Positions 9,721 through 18,762 of a stretch of DNA of 64,000 nt are shown piece by piece. Origin of the DNA: Candidatus Bathyarchaeia archaeon (GTDB lineage Archaea; Thermoproteota; Bathyarchaeia; Bathyarchaeales; Bathycorpusculaceae); assembly GCA_038883655.1 (NCBI GenBank), contig JAVZLQ010000002.1:153625-217624 (forward strand). Reading direction: 5' to 3'. A model generated the notes under the pieces. The model was not told where the DNA came from and did not search any database. It saw only the letters and a list, made by a program, of their open reading frames with translations. The number at the start of each line of letters is the position of its first letter. Position 1 is the stretch's first letter. The position numbers were made by a program, and so were the translations under genes.

Positions 9721-10139
9721 GAAGAGCGAACAAGGGGCAGATAAGAATAATTGAGGCGTTCCTAGCCGTAATTATAGTTTTTTCTGCTTTTGCTGTTTCC
9801 GGAAATCTTCCACAAAACCAGAAAGTGACAAGAAAAGAGGATTTAGTTTCGGTTGGGCTTAACGCGCTGTTGCAATTGGATTCCGACGGCTTTTTGGGCA
9901 GATGTATCGACAACGCTGAATGGTCTAGACTTCGAGAAGCCTTAGGCTTACTATTGCCAAGTGGTGTTGCATTCAATTTGACGGTATACAACGGCACAAT
10001 GCAAAAGGTTAACTCTGAAACGATTGCCAACAGCGGGCTGAACAGCCAAAAAACAACATTCGTCGAATACATATGCGCAAGCCAAAACGTAACCTTCCAT
10101 TGTTACATTTTACACTTGTATTTGGCGGTGGTTGCATGA
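9717..10139 (+). CDS. Minor pilin
   Basis: Class III signal peptide RRANKG|QIRIIEAFLAVIIVF. Confidence 0.75.
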   Translation: MRRANKGQIRIIEAFLAVIIVFSAFAVSGNLPQNQKVTRKEDLVSVGLNALLQLDSDGFLGRCIDNAEWSRLREALGLLLPSGVAFNLTVYNGTMQKVNSETIANSGLNSQKTTFVEYICASQNVTFHCYILHLYLAVVA

Positions 10140-10903
10140 AGGCACATAGACGCAATTTTAGAGAAAACAAGTCTGGACAGCTACTCATAGTTGCTGCTTT
10201 GGCAATAGCCATGCTAATCGCATCCGCTTCAATCTACGTTTACGAGTTGAACGTTGAACAAAACGGTCAAAGCTATTATCAAATAGCAAACTTTGTTCCA
10301 GTTATAAAGCAGTGCACAAAAAATGCCTTGATAAGTTCGCTTGCAAACGTTTCCAATGGCGGCGCAAAAACAGTTTTAGCAACAAACCTCGAGCGGCTCG
10401 CAGGGACCATCAGAGGCCTAAGGCACCAAGCAATTTTCCAGCTTACCTTCAGCTTATATAACAATTCAGATTACGAGTCTGGCGTTAGGCTTCTTTGGGG
10501 CGCCGAAAACTTTGGATTATCAAGCGCCTACGCAAGCTTTACGTTAAACGTTCAAGGCATAGAAAACGTGGAGTTAGACTACACAATAAACGTGACGACA
10601 GCCATACTTGTTGAAGGCTTTTACACGGGAGATGGCAGCGAGAAGAATGTTACAGTGATGTGCCACATTTATAACGAGGGAAAACCAGCCCAAGCAAAGA
10701 ACATAAACCTATTCTATGAAGTGGGCGATGCTTGGGTTCCAGTGGACTCGTTAAACAACATTTTAATGGTGGATTTTGAAAACGGCACATACGCCATATC
10801 ATTTTCAGCCACAATCCCATCGGATGTAGTCCGCGTTTCAACACACATAACAGACATGCGCGATATACTCGTTTACGCCAATGCTACGTGTACCAATGCA
10901 TGA
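10136..10903 (+). CDS. Minor pilin
   Basis: Class III signal peptide ENKSG|QLLIVAALAIAMLI; ATG overlaps the upstream TGA (ATGA). Confidence 0.7.
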   Translation: MKAHRRNFRENKSGQLLIVAALAIAMLIASASIYVYELNVEQNGQSYYQIANFVPVIKQCTKNALISSLANVSNGGAKTVLATNLERLAGTIRGLRHQAIFQLTFSLYNNSDYESGVRLLWGAENFGLSSAYASFTLNVQGIENVELDYTINVTTAILVEGFYTGDGSEKNVTVMCHIYNEGKPAQAKNINLFYEVGDAWVPVDSLNNILMVDFENGTYAISFSATIPSDVVRVSTHITDMRDILVYANATCTNA

Positions 10904-10976
10904 ACGCGTAGCCAGGCATTTTCGAGTTCCTTAAATATTTACGGCAACTTATTCTAAACTGCGTGAAGGCTTCGAA

Positions 10977-11663
10977 ATGACAATGCAAGAGTGGCGGAAC
11001 ATCTGCACACTTTTAAAATTGGCTGAAATGGGCGCGCATCGAAGAACAGCAAAAATTTCAACAGAGTACTTAGCCGAAAAACTCGGCACATCCCAGCAAA
11101 CAGCATCAAGATATCTAATAGATTTAGAGCGTAAGGGACTAATCAAAAGAACCATAACACCTGAGGGCTGCCTCATAAAAATGACAGAAAATGGCATAAA
11201 AGAGCTTAAAAAACTATACTCAAACCTACGCTTCCTAATGGAAGCGGCATACCCGCCATCAATAACCTTGGAAGGCGTGCTTTTCACTGGTTTGGGCGAA
11301 GGCGCCTACTACACATCAATAGATCAATATAGAAAACAGTTCATCGAAAAGCTTGGTTTCGACCCATACCCAGGAACGCTCAACCTAAAGCTTACAACAG
11401 ATTACGACATCAAGGCACGTGCCGAACTTGAAGCTTACCCAGCAATTGAAATTGAAGGATTTAAAGATGAAAACCGCACCTATGGACCAGTTAAATGCTA
11501 TCCAGCAATAATACAGAACAAGGTGAAGGGTGCCTTGGTTTCTGCTTTGCGCAGCCATTATGATTCTTCGGTTATAGAAGTTATAGCTCCAGTATTTTTG
11601 AGGAAACACTTAAACCTTAAGGATGGACACAAGGTTAAGGTTGAAATATTAACACTCCCATAG
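10977..11663 (+). CDS. ribK: CTP-dependent riboflavin kinase with N-terminal HTH (RbkR-type)
   Basis: HTH LAEKLGTSQQTASRYL, then GLGEGAYY and LGFDPYPGTLN. Confidence 0.92.
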   Translation: MTMQEWRNICTLLKLAEMGAHRRTAKISTEYLAEKLGTSQQTASRYLIDLERKGLIKRTITPEGCLIKMTENGIKELKKLYSNLRFLMEAAYPPSITLEGVLFTGLGEGAYYTSIDQYRKQFIEKLGFDPYPGTLNLKLTTDYDIKARAELEAYPAIEIEGFKDENRTYGPVKCYPAIIQNKVKGALVSALRSHYDSSVIEVIAPVFLRKHLNLKDGHKVKVEILTLP

Positions 11664-11824
11664 CTGCCAATAGCCTGCTTACTCGGTACATATTAGTTAA
11701 ACTGCCCATGCTGTTTGAGATTTGGTAGCTGTTCCGGCGGAAATCCGCTAAGTTGCCGTGTAAACAATTGCATTTAACGCTAGTGCTTATAGTGTTAATG
11801 TAAGTTCCTTTACTCGAAAGGCGG

Positions 11825-12295
11825 TTATCTCCCATAGTTTTCAATAATTTTTTGTTTAATTTTAGATGAACTGTCCAATTCGCCATCTCCAAACTTGCCA
11901 ATTTTCACAATTTTTATGTTCAGACCCTTCTCCGCCACATATTTTCTTACAGCTTGCTCCATACCAGTAACGTGGCTGTCATGACCAACAGCTATTACAT
12001 CCGGCTTAATTTTTTCAATAACCTTTCCAATATCAAACTCTTCATACCCAAGGATTGCTTCATCAACAACCTTTAAGGATTCAACCAATGCACGACGCTG
12101 GCTTTCGGGCATTATTGGTTTTTTGCCCTTGCGCTTTTCCACGGTGCTGTCTCTTGCGACAATAACTATGAGTTCAGCGTTTTCGCCTCCAGCCTTCTTT
12201 GCCTCTTCAAGAAACCTCACATGGCCTAGATGAAGTAAATCGAATACTCCAGAAGCTAAAACTATTTTCCGCTTTCCCCTGTTCTTGTTTGCCAT
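11825..12295 (-). CDS. ribL: Archaeal FAD synthase
   Basis: SGVFDLLHLGH, VIVARD, KPDVIAVGHD, SSSKIK. Confidence 0.85.
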   Translation of the reverse strand: MANKNRGKRKIVLASGVFDLLHLGHVRFLEEAKKAGGENAELIVIVARDSTVEKRKGKKPIMPESQRRALVESLKVVDEAILGYEEFDIGKVIEKIKPDVIAVGHDSHVTGMEQAVRKYVAEKGLNIKIVKIGKFGDGELDSSSKIKQKIIENYGR

Positions 12296-12546
12296 TCGAA
12301 TTTCACCGCTCCTAACAGTTTTAACGCGTCAAGCAAGCCTTCACAATAGGCGATAGAAGCTAGGCTTACCTCAAATTTCTTTCTATCTCTATAATACTTT
12401 GCGTCTTCTAAATAGGCTTTGGCAAAATCCAAAACCTTCCTAACACTACTCGCATCAAGATTTACAATATTCTTCGCAACTTCTATCCCGCAGAAAACAT
12501 GCTCAGCGGAAGCAATATACTTAGAAACAAGCTCCTCAAGGCTCAT
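12262..12546 (-). CDS. DUF357 family protein
   Basis: AYLEDAKYY...AYCEGLLDA; usual position downstream of dph5. Confidence 0.8.
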   Translation of the reverse strand: MSLEELVSKYIASAEHVFCGIEVAKNIVNLDASSVRKVLDFAKAYLEDAKYYRDRKKFEVSLASIAYCEGLLDALKLLGAVKFEWQTRTGESGK

Positions 12547-13346
12547 TCAACAAGCCCCCTTACCTCCTCTGGAGCATCAGCCAAGACAATGAGCGCCTCA
12601 GCCTCCATAAAGTGAAGCTTTCCTGGGAAAATAAGGCTGTGCGGCGGTCTTCCAAAATCATAATTTATAATTTCCTTCAAGAAGCCAGCCTTTACAACTG
12701 GATCATCACTTCCAGCCCTTGCCACGCCAACAACAAGTGTATCGCCAACAATTACTCCTAGATCTCGCTTCTTTTCGATTTTCAAGAGTAAACTTAATGC
12801 TTCGTTTATGCTTAGGTAACGCTCATCCTCAACGTTTATATCAAGTAAGCAGAGCGTATGTAGCCCCAACCCTTTATTTTGGTTTATAACTTCATATGGC
12901 GTTTCGGAAATCGTCTCGCTCGGGAAGGGTATTGTGACGCTTTTCCCAAACTTGTAATTGTGCAAGCCAGACAAGCCAATAACCGCGGAAATTATTGACG
13001 CACCATGTATTATGCGTGTGCTTATTCCTAACTTTTCAGCATGAATTCTCAAAGTAACATGTGTAGTAGCTATAAGCGGGTCACCAGGAACAAGAAGAAC
13101 AACCTTGCCATCTCTTGCAGCCTTCAAAATTTTTTCTCCACTTTCATCTTCAAGCTCCTTTCGGGAAACAACATGAAGGTTCTTTCCAGAAATTTCTTCA
13201 AGACGCCTAATGGAAAAGTTCGGCATAATACTCGTGTAAAGCTCTATGAAGACCTTATCCGCCATCCTAACCTCTTCCAAACCGCGTAGGCTTATGCCCA
13301 ACTCGTCATTTAAACCAAGTCCAACAAAGACTATTTCGCCAACCAA
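12543..13346 (-). CDS. dph5: Diphthine synthase
   Basis: VGLGL, ELYTS, VPGDPLIATTH, GLHNYKFGKSVTIPF, GLHTLCLLD. Confidence 0.95.
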   Translation of the reverse strand: MVGEIVFVGLGLNDELGISLRGLEEVRMADKVFIELYTSIMPNFSIRRLEEISGKNLHVVSRKELEDESGEKILKAARDGKVVLLVPGDPLIATTHVTLRIHAEKLGISTRIIHGASIISAVIGLSGLHNYKFGKSVTIPFPSETISETPYEVINQNKGLGLHTLCLLDINVEDERYLSINEALSLLLKIEKKRDLGVIVGDTLVVGVARAGSDDPVVKAGFLKEIINYDFGRPPHSLIFPGKLHFMEAEALIVLADAPEEVRGLVE

Positions 13347-13436
13347 GCTAACTCCTTCCCAAACACCATTAAAGCAACAATTAAACTTAAAACCATTAAC
13401 GTTCTAAACTTAAAAGACATAAACAGAGGGAGTGAA

Positions 13437-14258
13437 ATGAAAGTTTTTATATCCGCCGACATGGAAGGCGTTGCCGGCGTAGTTCACGAAGAGCATGTCA
13501 TGCGTGACGGAAAAGAACATGAAAGGGCGAGAAGACTTATGACGCAAGAGGTCAACGCTGCAATTGAAGGCGCGCTGGAAGCTGGAGCAAAGGCAATAGT
13601 TGTAAACGATTCTCACGGCACAATGCGAAACATAATACCAGAAGAACTCCACGAAGCAGCAGAACTTGTCACAGGCTCGCCAAAGCCCTTATCCATGATG
13701 CAAGGCATAGACGAAACATTCAACGCAGCATTCTTCATAGGCTATCATGCCATGGCAAGCGGCTTTCCAACAATAATGGGACACACATATCACGGAAGGG
13801 TCGTCTACAATGTTAAAGTCAACAACAGAGTAATGGGCGAAACTGGCATAAACGCGGCTGTAGCTGGCTACTACAACGTTCCATTGGTCCTTGTAACAGG
13901 CGACGAAACAGTGACGAAGGAAGCAGCAGAAATCCTTGGAAAGGTTAAAACAGTAGCTGTGAAAAAGGCTTATGGAAGATTTGCAGCCCAATGTTTATCC
14001 CCAACCAAAGCGCGAAAACTAATCAAAGAAGCAGCTTGCCAAAGCCTAAAAAACCTAGGCGAATCTAAACCCTTCAAAATAAAGCCGCCAATAACATTCG
14101 AAATAGACCTCATAAACACTGGAATGACCGAAATGGCACTGCTAATCCCAGGAGTAAAACAGGCAGCAAGCCGAACAGTAACCTACACATCAAACGACCT
14201 AATAGAAGCCTTCAAAGCCTTCAGAGCCATAACAACACTAGCAGCCACAACCATCTAA
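13437..14258 (+). CDS. dppA: D-aminopeptidase, peptidase M55 (DppA)
   Basis: ISADMEGVAG, VNDSHG, GYHA, HTY, VTGD. Confidence 0.9.
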   Translation: MKVFISADMEGVAGVVHEEHVMRDGKEHERARRLMTQEVNAAIEGALEAGAKAIVVNDSHGTMRNIIPEELHEAAELVTGSPKPLSMMQGIDETFNAAFFIGYHAMASGFPTIMGHTYHGRVVYNVKVNNRVMGETGINAAVAGYYNVPLVLVTGDETVTKEAAEILGKVKTVAVKKAYGRFAAQCLSPTKARKLIKEAACQSLKNLGESKPFKIKPPITFEIDLINTGMTEMALLIPGVKQAASRTVTYTSNDLIEAFKAFRAITTLAATTI

Positions 14259-14322
14259 AAGCACAAACCAAAGGCTAAACTTATTAACAACCCCATAAAT
14301 GCATATTCTAGAAAATCCAAAC

Positions 14323-14460
14323 GGGCCCGTAGCTCAGTAAGGTTAGAGCGGCGGACCAAACCGCTGCACGGGATGGGTTGAGGCTCTTAACCCGTAGGTC
14401 CCGGGTTCAAACTTGAAAAGGCAAAGCGCCATCAAGGAACAATTCCCGGCGGGCCCGCCA
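14323..14460 (+). tRNA. tRNA-Lys(CTT) with two introns (14355-14382 at position 30/31; 14411-14442 at 58/59), CCA encoded
   Basis: Removing both introns gives GGGCCCGTAGCTCAGTAAGGTTAGAGCGGCGGGCTCTTAACCCGTAGGTCCCGGGTTCAATTCCCGGCGGGCCCGCCA, a complete cloverleaf. Both intron junctions fold into BHB motifs. Confidence 0.92.
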
Positions 14461-14743
14461 TCTCAAAATTATTTTTCGATTCTGATAGAATTTGGAAATG
14501 TTGTTTATCAGTCATATTTCGTTGTCCGAAAATATTGTTGATATATCTTGCTGAGGTGCGTGTTTTCGGAGAGGGCTTTGAGAGACAAGGAGAGTTTAAG
14601 AAGGAATGATGGTGCCAGAGATTTATCTTCTTTTTCAGAACGTTACACATCTTTCATGCGCTATTTGAAGTTTTGAAGGAAACGGACAAAAAGTATAAGA
14701 AGAAAAGTTGAAGGCAGCAGAATTCCTGCTGTCTTGTTTCATT

Positions 14744-15775
14744 TTATGTGGAACTTGCATATTTTGCGGCGTTCACTGTTTTTTTTAGGAGCAGTTGCGC
14801 AGCTTCTTGTGTTGGCCACCCGCCCAGTCCGCAGTCTGGTCCAGTGAAAGTCATTGTTTCTCCAAATTTTTCCTTTGCTTTCTGAAATCGTTTTTTTATG
14901 TTTTCTTCGCTTTCAACAAGCTGTTCGGCAGCTGGCTTAGTTACGCCTCTCTCGTATAGTTCTGCTATGATGTTGTTTATGTCTGTTCTTGATATGCCAA
15001 CTCTTATTTGTTTGCCAGCGTTTTCCAAAAGCCTCTTTGAAACTGCTTCGATGTTTTTTGGTGAAGCAGCATACTCAAGCGAAACGACATCCAAATTTTT
15101 TACTTCAAGCATGTCCGTAATTCTTGAAGGCGAGTGTAAGTGTATCTGCTTTATAGCACCAGTAAAATCAAATGTTTTTTCCATAACCTCCAAGATTATG
15201 TTCTTATCTGCTGAAATTTCCTGAAAGCCAAAACTTGGTTCATCGATTGAGACAACTTCTGTCTTTACGTATTTAGCGTCCAGCATAGCGTTTTTTGCGA
15301 AGCGTTTAACGGTTTCGGCGAACATTAAGAGTATGTCCCTATAAGCCGTTTTTCCAACTATTCTTAGGTATAGCTCCATTGGACCAGTTATGCACACACG
15401 TAACGGTATTTTTCTTCCAAATTCTTCAGAAAGCGCCTTAGCTTCCTCGTTTATTACGTGCACTTCTGGTATTATTGCGTTTTTCACTTCTACCTCGTAA
15501 GTGCCAATCGTCATAGCCTCTATGATAACTTCTGCAAATTGATTGTAGATGTCATAATGTTGAGGATAGTTAATAACATCCAAACCAGTTTGGCACTTTA
15601 TTCTAAAAGAGTCAACTATTACATTATAGAAGTTTTCTCGCAGAAATTCATCCCTTTTTATGTCTTTTCCTTCGCTTATGTCTTTTCTTGCGAGCCTGTA
15701 TGCCCTTTCAAACTGTTCTCTGCTTGTTGTGGATGGAAGCGGAAAGCTTCCTATATCATCAATAAGGGTTTCCAT
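14744..15775 (-). CDS. Core (folate-independent) methionine synthase, MetE C-terminal domain only, MesC-like
   Basis: DDIGSFPLP, CITGP, SIDEPS, QIHLH, GPDCGLGGW; 343 aa single barrel. Confidence 0.7.
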   Translation of the reverse strand: METLIDDIGSFPLPSTTSREQFERAYRLARKDISEGKDIKRDEFLRENFYNVIVDSFRIKCQTGLDVINYPQHYDIYNQFAEVIIEAMTIGTYEVEVKNAIIPEVHVINEEAKALSEEFGRKIPLRVCITGPMELYLRIVGKTAYRDILLMFAETVKRFAKNAMLDAKYVKTEVVSIDEPSFGFQEISADKNIILEVMEKTFDFTGAIKQIHLHSPSRITDMLEVKNLDVVSLEYAASPKNIEAVSKRLLENAGKQIRVGISRTDINNIIAELYERGVTKPAAEQLVESEENIKKRFQKAKEKFGETMTFTGPDCGLGGWPTQEAAQLLLKKTVNAAKYASST

Positions 15776-15893
15776 GGGTAAATGAGTGTTTGCAAGCCTA
15801 ATTTAAAACTAACTTTTTATGCAAATATGCGGGGCGCTTTAAAGCGTAAGAAATATAAGTTAGCTTTGTTCAGTGAGCACATGATGATGTGAA

Positions 15894-16853
15894 ATGAATG
15901 TTTGGAAACTTCGTGCCTCAATGATTGGAACCTTGGCCATAATAATAGGCTTGTCCACGTTAGTCTTTACAGTTATCCTTAGCCTTATCGGTTCATTTAG
16001 CCTTATAACTCTAGGCGTTCTTGTTGTTGCCTTCAACATCCTTCAGTGGCTGATATCGCCATACATTATTGATGCGCTTTACGGTACGCGTGAATTGCCT
16101 GAAAGCGAAAACCCGAAGCTGCATGAAATAATTGAGAAGTTAAGCGCGAAAAGCGGGATTAGGAAGCCAAAGCTTATGCTTGCACAGATTCCAATTCCAA
16201 ACGCTTTTGCCTACGGTTCGCCCATAACTGGAAACCGCGTTGCAGTCACAAGTGGTTTGCTAAAAACTTTGGAGACAGAGGAAGTCGAAGCTGTCATTGG
16301 ACATGAGCTTGGACACTTGAAGCATAGAGATGTGCAATTAATGATGTTTGTTTCGCTTTTGCCCGCTTTGCTTTATTACATTGGCTACTCGCTTATACTC
16401 TCATCCATGTATCGCGGACAGAGAGAACAAGGCAGCGGCGGAGCAGTTTTAGGTTTTGGCTTTATGGCTTTCTCGTGGATACTTAACATGTTCATACTCT
16501 ACTTGAGTCGTCTCCGCGAGTATTATGCTGACAACCACAGCGTCCAAATAGTTGATGATGGAGCGCGGAAACTTTCAGAAGGCTTGGCAAAGATAGTTCA
16601 TGCGACACGAAACATGCGCAGAATGCGCAGGGACGCGCAGCACCTAAACGCGTTCAAAGCCCTCTTCATCACAGACCCAGACCGCGCTGAAAACGATGCA
16701 ATGGAAATGTCTGCTGTGGCTGGTGGAAGCGACCAAAAGCTTGTTCAGGAAATTCTATCCCAAAGGGTTACAACCATTGATAGGATAGTTGAAATTTTCT
16801 CGACGCATCCCAACATTGTGAAGAGGCTTAAGGCGCTACAACAGCAAGCATAA
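15894..16853 (+). CDS. htpX: Zinc metalloprotease HtpX (M48)
   Basis: PNAFAYG, GHELGHLKHRD, SRLREYYAD, FSTHP. Confidence 0.93.
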   Translation: MNVWKLRASMIGTLAIIIGLSTLVFTVILSLIGSFSLITLGVLVVAFNILQWLISPYIIDALYGTRELPESENPKLHEIIEKLSAKSGIRKPKLMLAQIPIPNAFAYGSPITGNRVAVTSGLLKTLETEEVEAVIGHELGHLKHRDVQLMMFVSLLPALLYYIGYSLILSSMYRGQREQGSGGAVLGFGFMAFSWILNMFILYLSRLREYYADNHSVQIVDDGARKLSEGLAKIVHATRNMRRMRRDAQHLNAFKALFITDPDRAENDAMEMSAVAGGSDQKLVQEILSQRVTTIDRIVEIFSTHPNIVKRLKALQQQA

Positions 16854-16933
16854 GCCATTTTTCACCTTATTTTTGAAAAAGTTAAAACATGTAAGCGTTA
16901 TTCTCTACTAGGCAATAAAAGCATGAGAAGTGG

Positions 16934-18163
16934 TTGGATATGCAGTCTCAAGTATTCCATGAGATTGATAAAGCCAAAAACGACATGATACAAGCATTAA
17001 TGGAGCTTATTCGTGTCCCTGCGATTGCGCCAGAAAATGGTGGGGAAGGCGAAACCAGAAAGGCTGAAAAACTGCTTGAAATTCTTGACAGCGTCGGCTT
17101 TGACAAGATAGAGCGTTATGATGCCGTGGATGAAAGGGTTCCATCCAAAAGGAGACCAAACATAGTAGCATACTGTCATGGCGAAAATGTTGCCGAAAAA
17201 CTTTGGATAATAACGCACATGGACGTTGTACCGCCCGGGGAGGAATCGCTGTGGACTGTTACAAAGCCTTTTGAACCGCTTTTTAGCGAAGGCAAAATCT
17301 ATGGGCGTGGAAGTGAGGACAACGGACAATCAATGGTTGCTTCGATTTTCGCGGTTAAAGCCTTAAGAAAACTGGGCTTAAAGCCAAAAAGAACGGTTGC
17401 GTTGGCTTTTGTTGCCGACGAGGAGCAGGGAAGCAAATACGGCATACAACACCTTATAGGGCAAGGGCTCTTCGAAAAAGATGATTTGATAATTGTTCCA
17501 GACGGCGGAAGCGAAGATGGGAGCTTCATCGAAATAGCTGAAAAAAGCGCCTTGTGGTTTAGGATACGCACAACTGGACAGCAAGTGCACGCAAGCAGAC
17601 CGCACAAAGGGTTAAACGCGCACCGTGTGGGAATAGAATACACCATAGCCCTTGACAAGATGCTTCACGAGAGGTATTCGCTTAAAGACGCGTATTTCGA
17701 CCCTCCGGAAAGCACCTTTGAGCCTACAAAGAAGGAGAAGAACGTTGACGCGGTTAACATAGTTCCAGGCGAAGACATAACATATTTTGACTGTCGAATA
17801 CTGCCAAACTATGATTTGGACGAAATCTTGCAGAACATTCGCGCTTTGGCTGAGGAATTCCAAAAGAAAACTGGAGCAAAAATAAGCGTTGAAGTTGTGA
17901 GCAAAAGCGTTGCGCCTAAGCCAACAGACCCCAACTCAAAAGTTGTAACAATGTTAAAGAAAGCGTTAAGGAAAATTAGAGGAATAGAGCCAAAAGTTGG
18001 AGGAATAGGCGGGGGAACATGCGCCGCCTTCTTCAGAAGAATAGGTGTGCCAGCAGTCGTCTGGTGCACAATTGATGAGACGGCGCATCAGCCAAACGAA
18101 TACGCAAAAATAGAGAACATGGTAAACGACGCAAAAACGTTCGCGTTAATGGCAATTTCATAG
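16934..18163 (+). CDS. M20 family metallohydrolase (DapE/ArgE-like)
   Basis: HMDVVPPG, GRGSEDNG, ADEE, GGGT, AHQPNE. Confidence 0.88.
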   Translation: MDMQSQVFHEIDKAKNDMIQALMELIRVPAIAPENGGEGETRKAEKLLEILDSVGFDKIERYDAVDERVPSKRRPNIVAYCHGENVAEKLWIITHMDVVPPGEESLWTVTKPFEPLFSEGKIYGRGSEDNGQSMVASIFAVKALRKLGLKPKRTVALAFVADEEQGSKYGIQHLIGQGLFEKDDLIIVPDGGSEDGSFIEIAEKSALWFRIRTTGQQVHASRPHKGLNAHRVGIEYTIALDKMLHERYSLKDAYFDPPESTFEPTKKEKNVDAVNIVPGEDITYFDCRILPNYDLDEILQNIRALAEEFQKKTGAKISVEVVSKSVAPKPTDPNSKVVTMLKKALRKIRGIEPKVGGIGGGTCAAFFRRIGVPAVVWCTIDETAHQPNEYAKIENMVNDAKTFALMAIS

Positions 18164-18207
18164 AGAGTGGGAAAAATTTATATGGTTGGATAATCCATCC
18201 AATAACT

Positions 18208-18762
18208 ATGGAGAACAGTAGGACTTCCCAACTTGCCTTTTTCAGCATCCTAACAGCAATCTGCCTTGCCTTGCAGTTATCACCTAGACCCCCGAACGTC
18301 GAATTCACATCCCTTTTCACGTTCATCATCGGCTTTATTTATGGGTGTCTTGCTGGAATGCTTTTTGGTGGTTTTGTTATGTTTGTCAACGGATTTTTCT
18401 CTCCATGGGGATTTGCTGGTCCAAATATGCCTTTTCAAATGGTCGGCATGTCCTTAATTGGTTTAGCCGGAGGCGTATACCAAAAGTTTTCGAAAGACTA
18501 TAATTCGAAAAGTTTTTGCCTTGAAGCTGCAGTTTTAGGTGCCTTTTTCACAACACTTTACGACCTTATAACAAATCTCGGAGTTGCTCTCCAATTTGCC
18601 CTTTCCGGCACGCCACCCAATTTAGCAGTGTTAACCGCCCTAGCTTACGGGACTTCCTTATCTCTAATTCATGTAGCATCCAACACAGCCTTGTTTGGAG
18701 TTGCCCTCCTACCGCTAATTAAAGCCTTGCACAACGTCATGGTGGTTAAAAAATTTGGTTGA
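18208..18762 (+). CDS. ECF transporter S component, CbrT-like
   Basis: About 6 TM helices; PNVEFTS..F, N.FFSPWG, YDLITN, H..SN. Confidence 0.65.
   Translation: MENSRTSQLAFFSILTAICLALQLSPRPPNVEFTSLFTFIIGFIYGCLAGMLFGGFVMFVNGFFSPWGFAGPNMPFQMVGMSLIGLAGGVYQKFSKDYNSKSFCLEAAVLGAFFTTLYDLITNLGVALQFALSGTPPNLAVLTALAYGTSLSLIHVASNTALFGVALLPLIKALHNVMVVKKFG

Noticed and set aside
3481-10903. Archaellum operon
   Set aside because: No ArlH (KaiC-like), ArlF/G or chemotaxis genes are recognisable, so it is called a generic type IV pilus.
11664-11824. Possible FMN or cobalamin riboswitch between ribK and ribL (hairpin GCGG-AAAT-CCGC)
   Set aside because: It lies between convergent 3' ends and lacks the conserved RFN or B12-box sequences.
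14432-14650. 72-aa minus-strand ORF
   Set aside because: It overlaps the 3' half of tRNA-Lys and is a shadow ORF.
14461-14743. Possible integrated element or gene remnant after tRNA-Lys
   Set aside because: No integrase and no duplicated tRNA 3' end; only a ~38-codon ORF without support.
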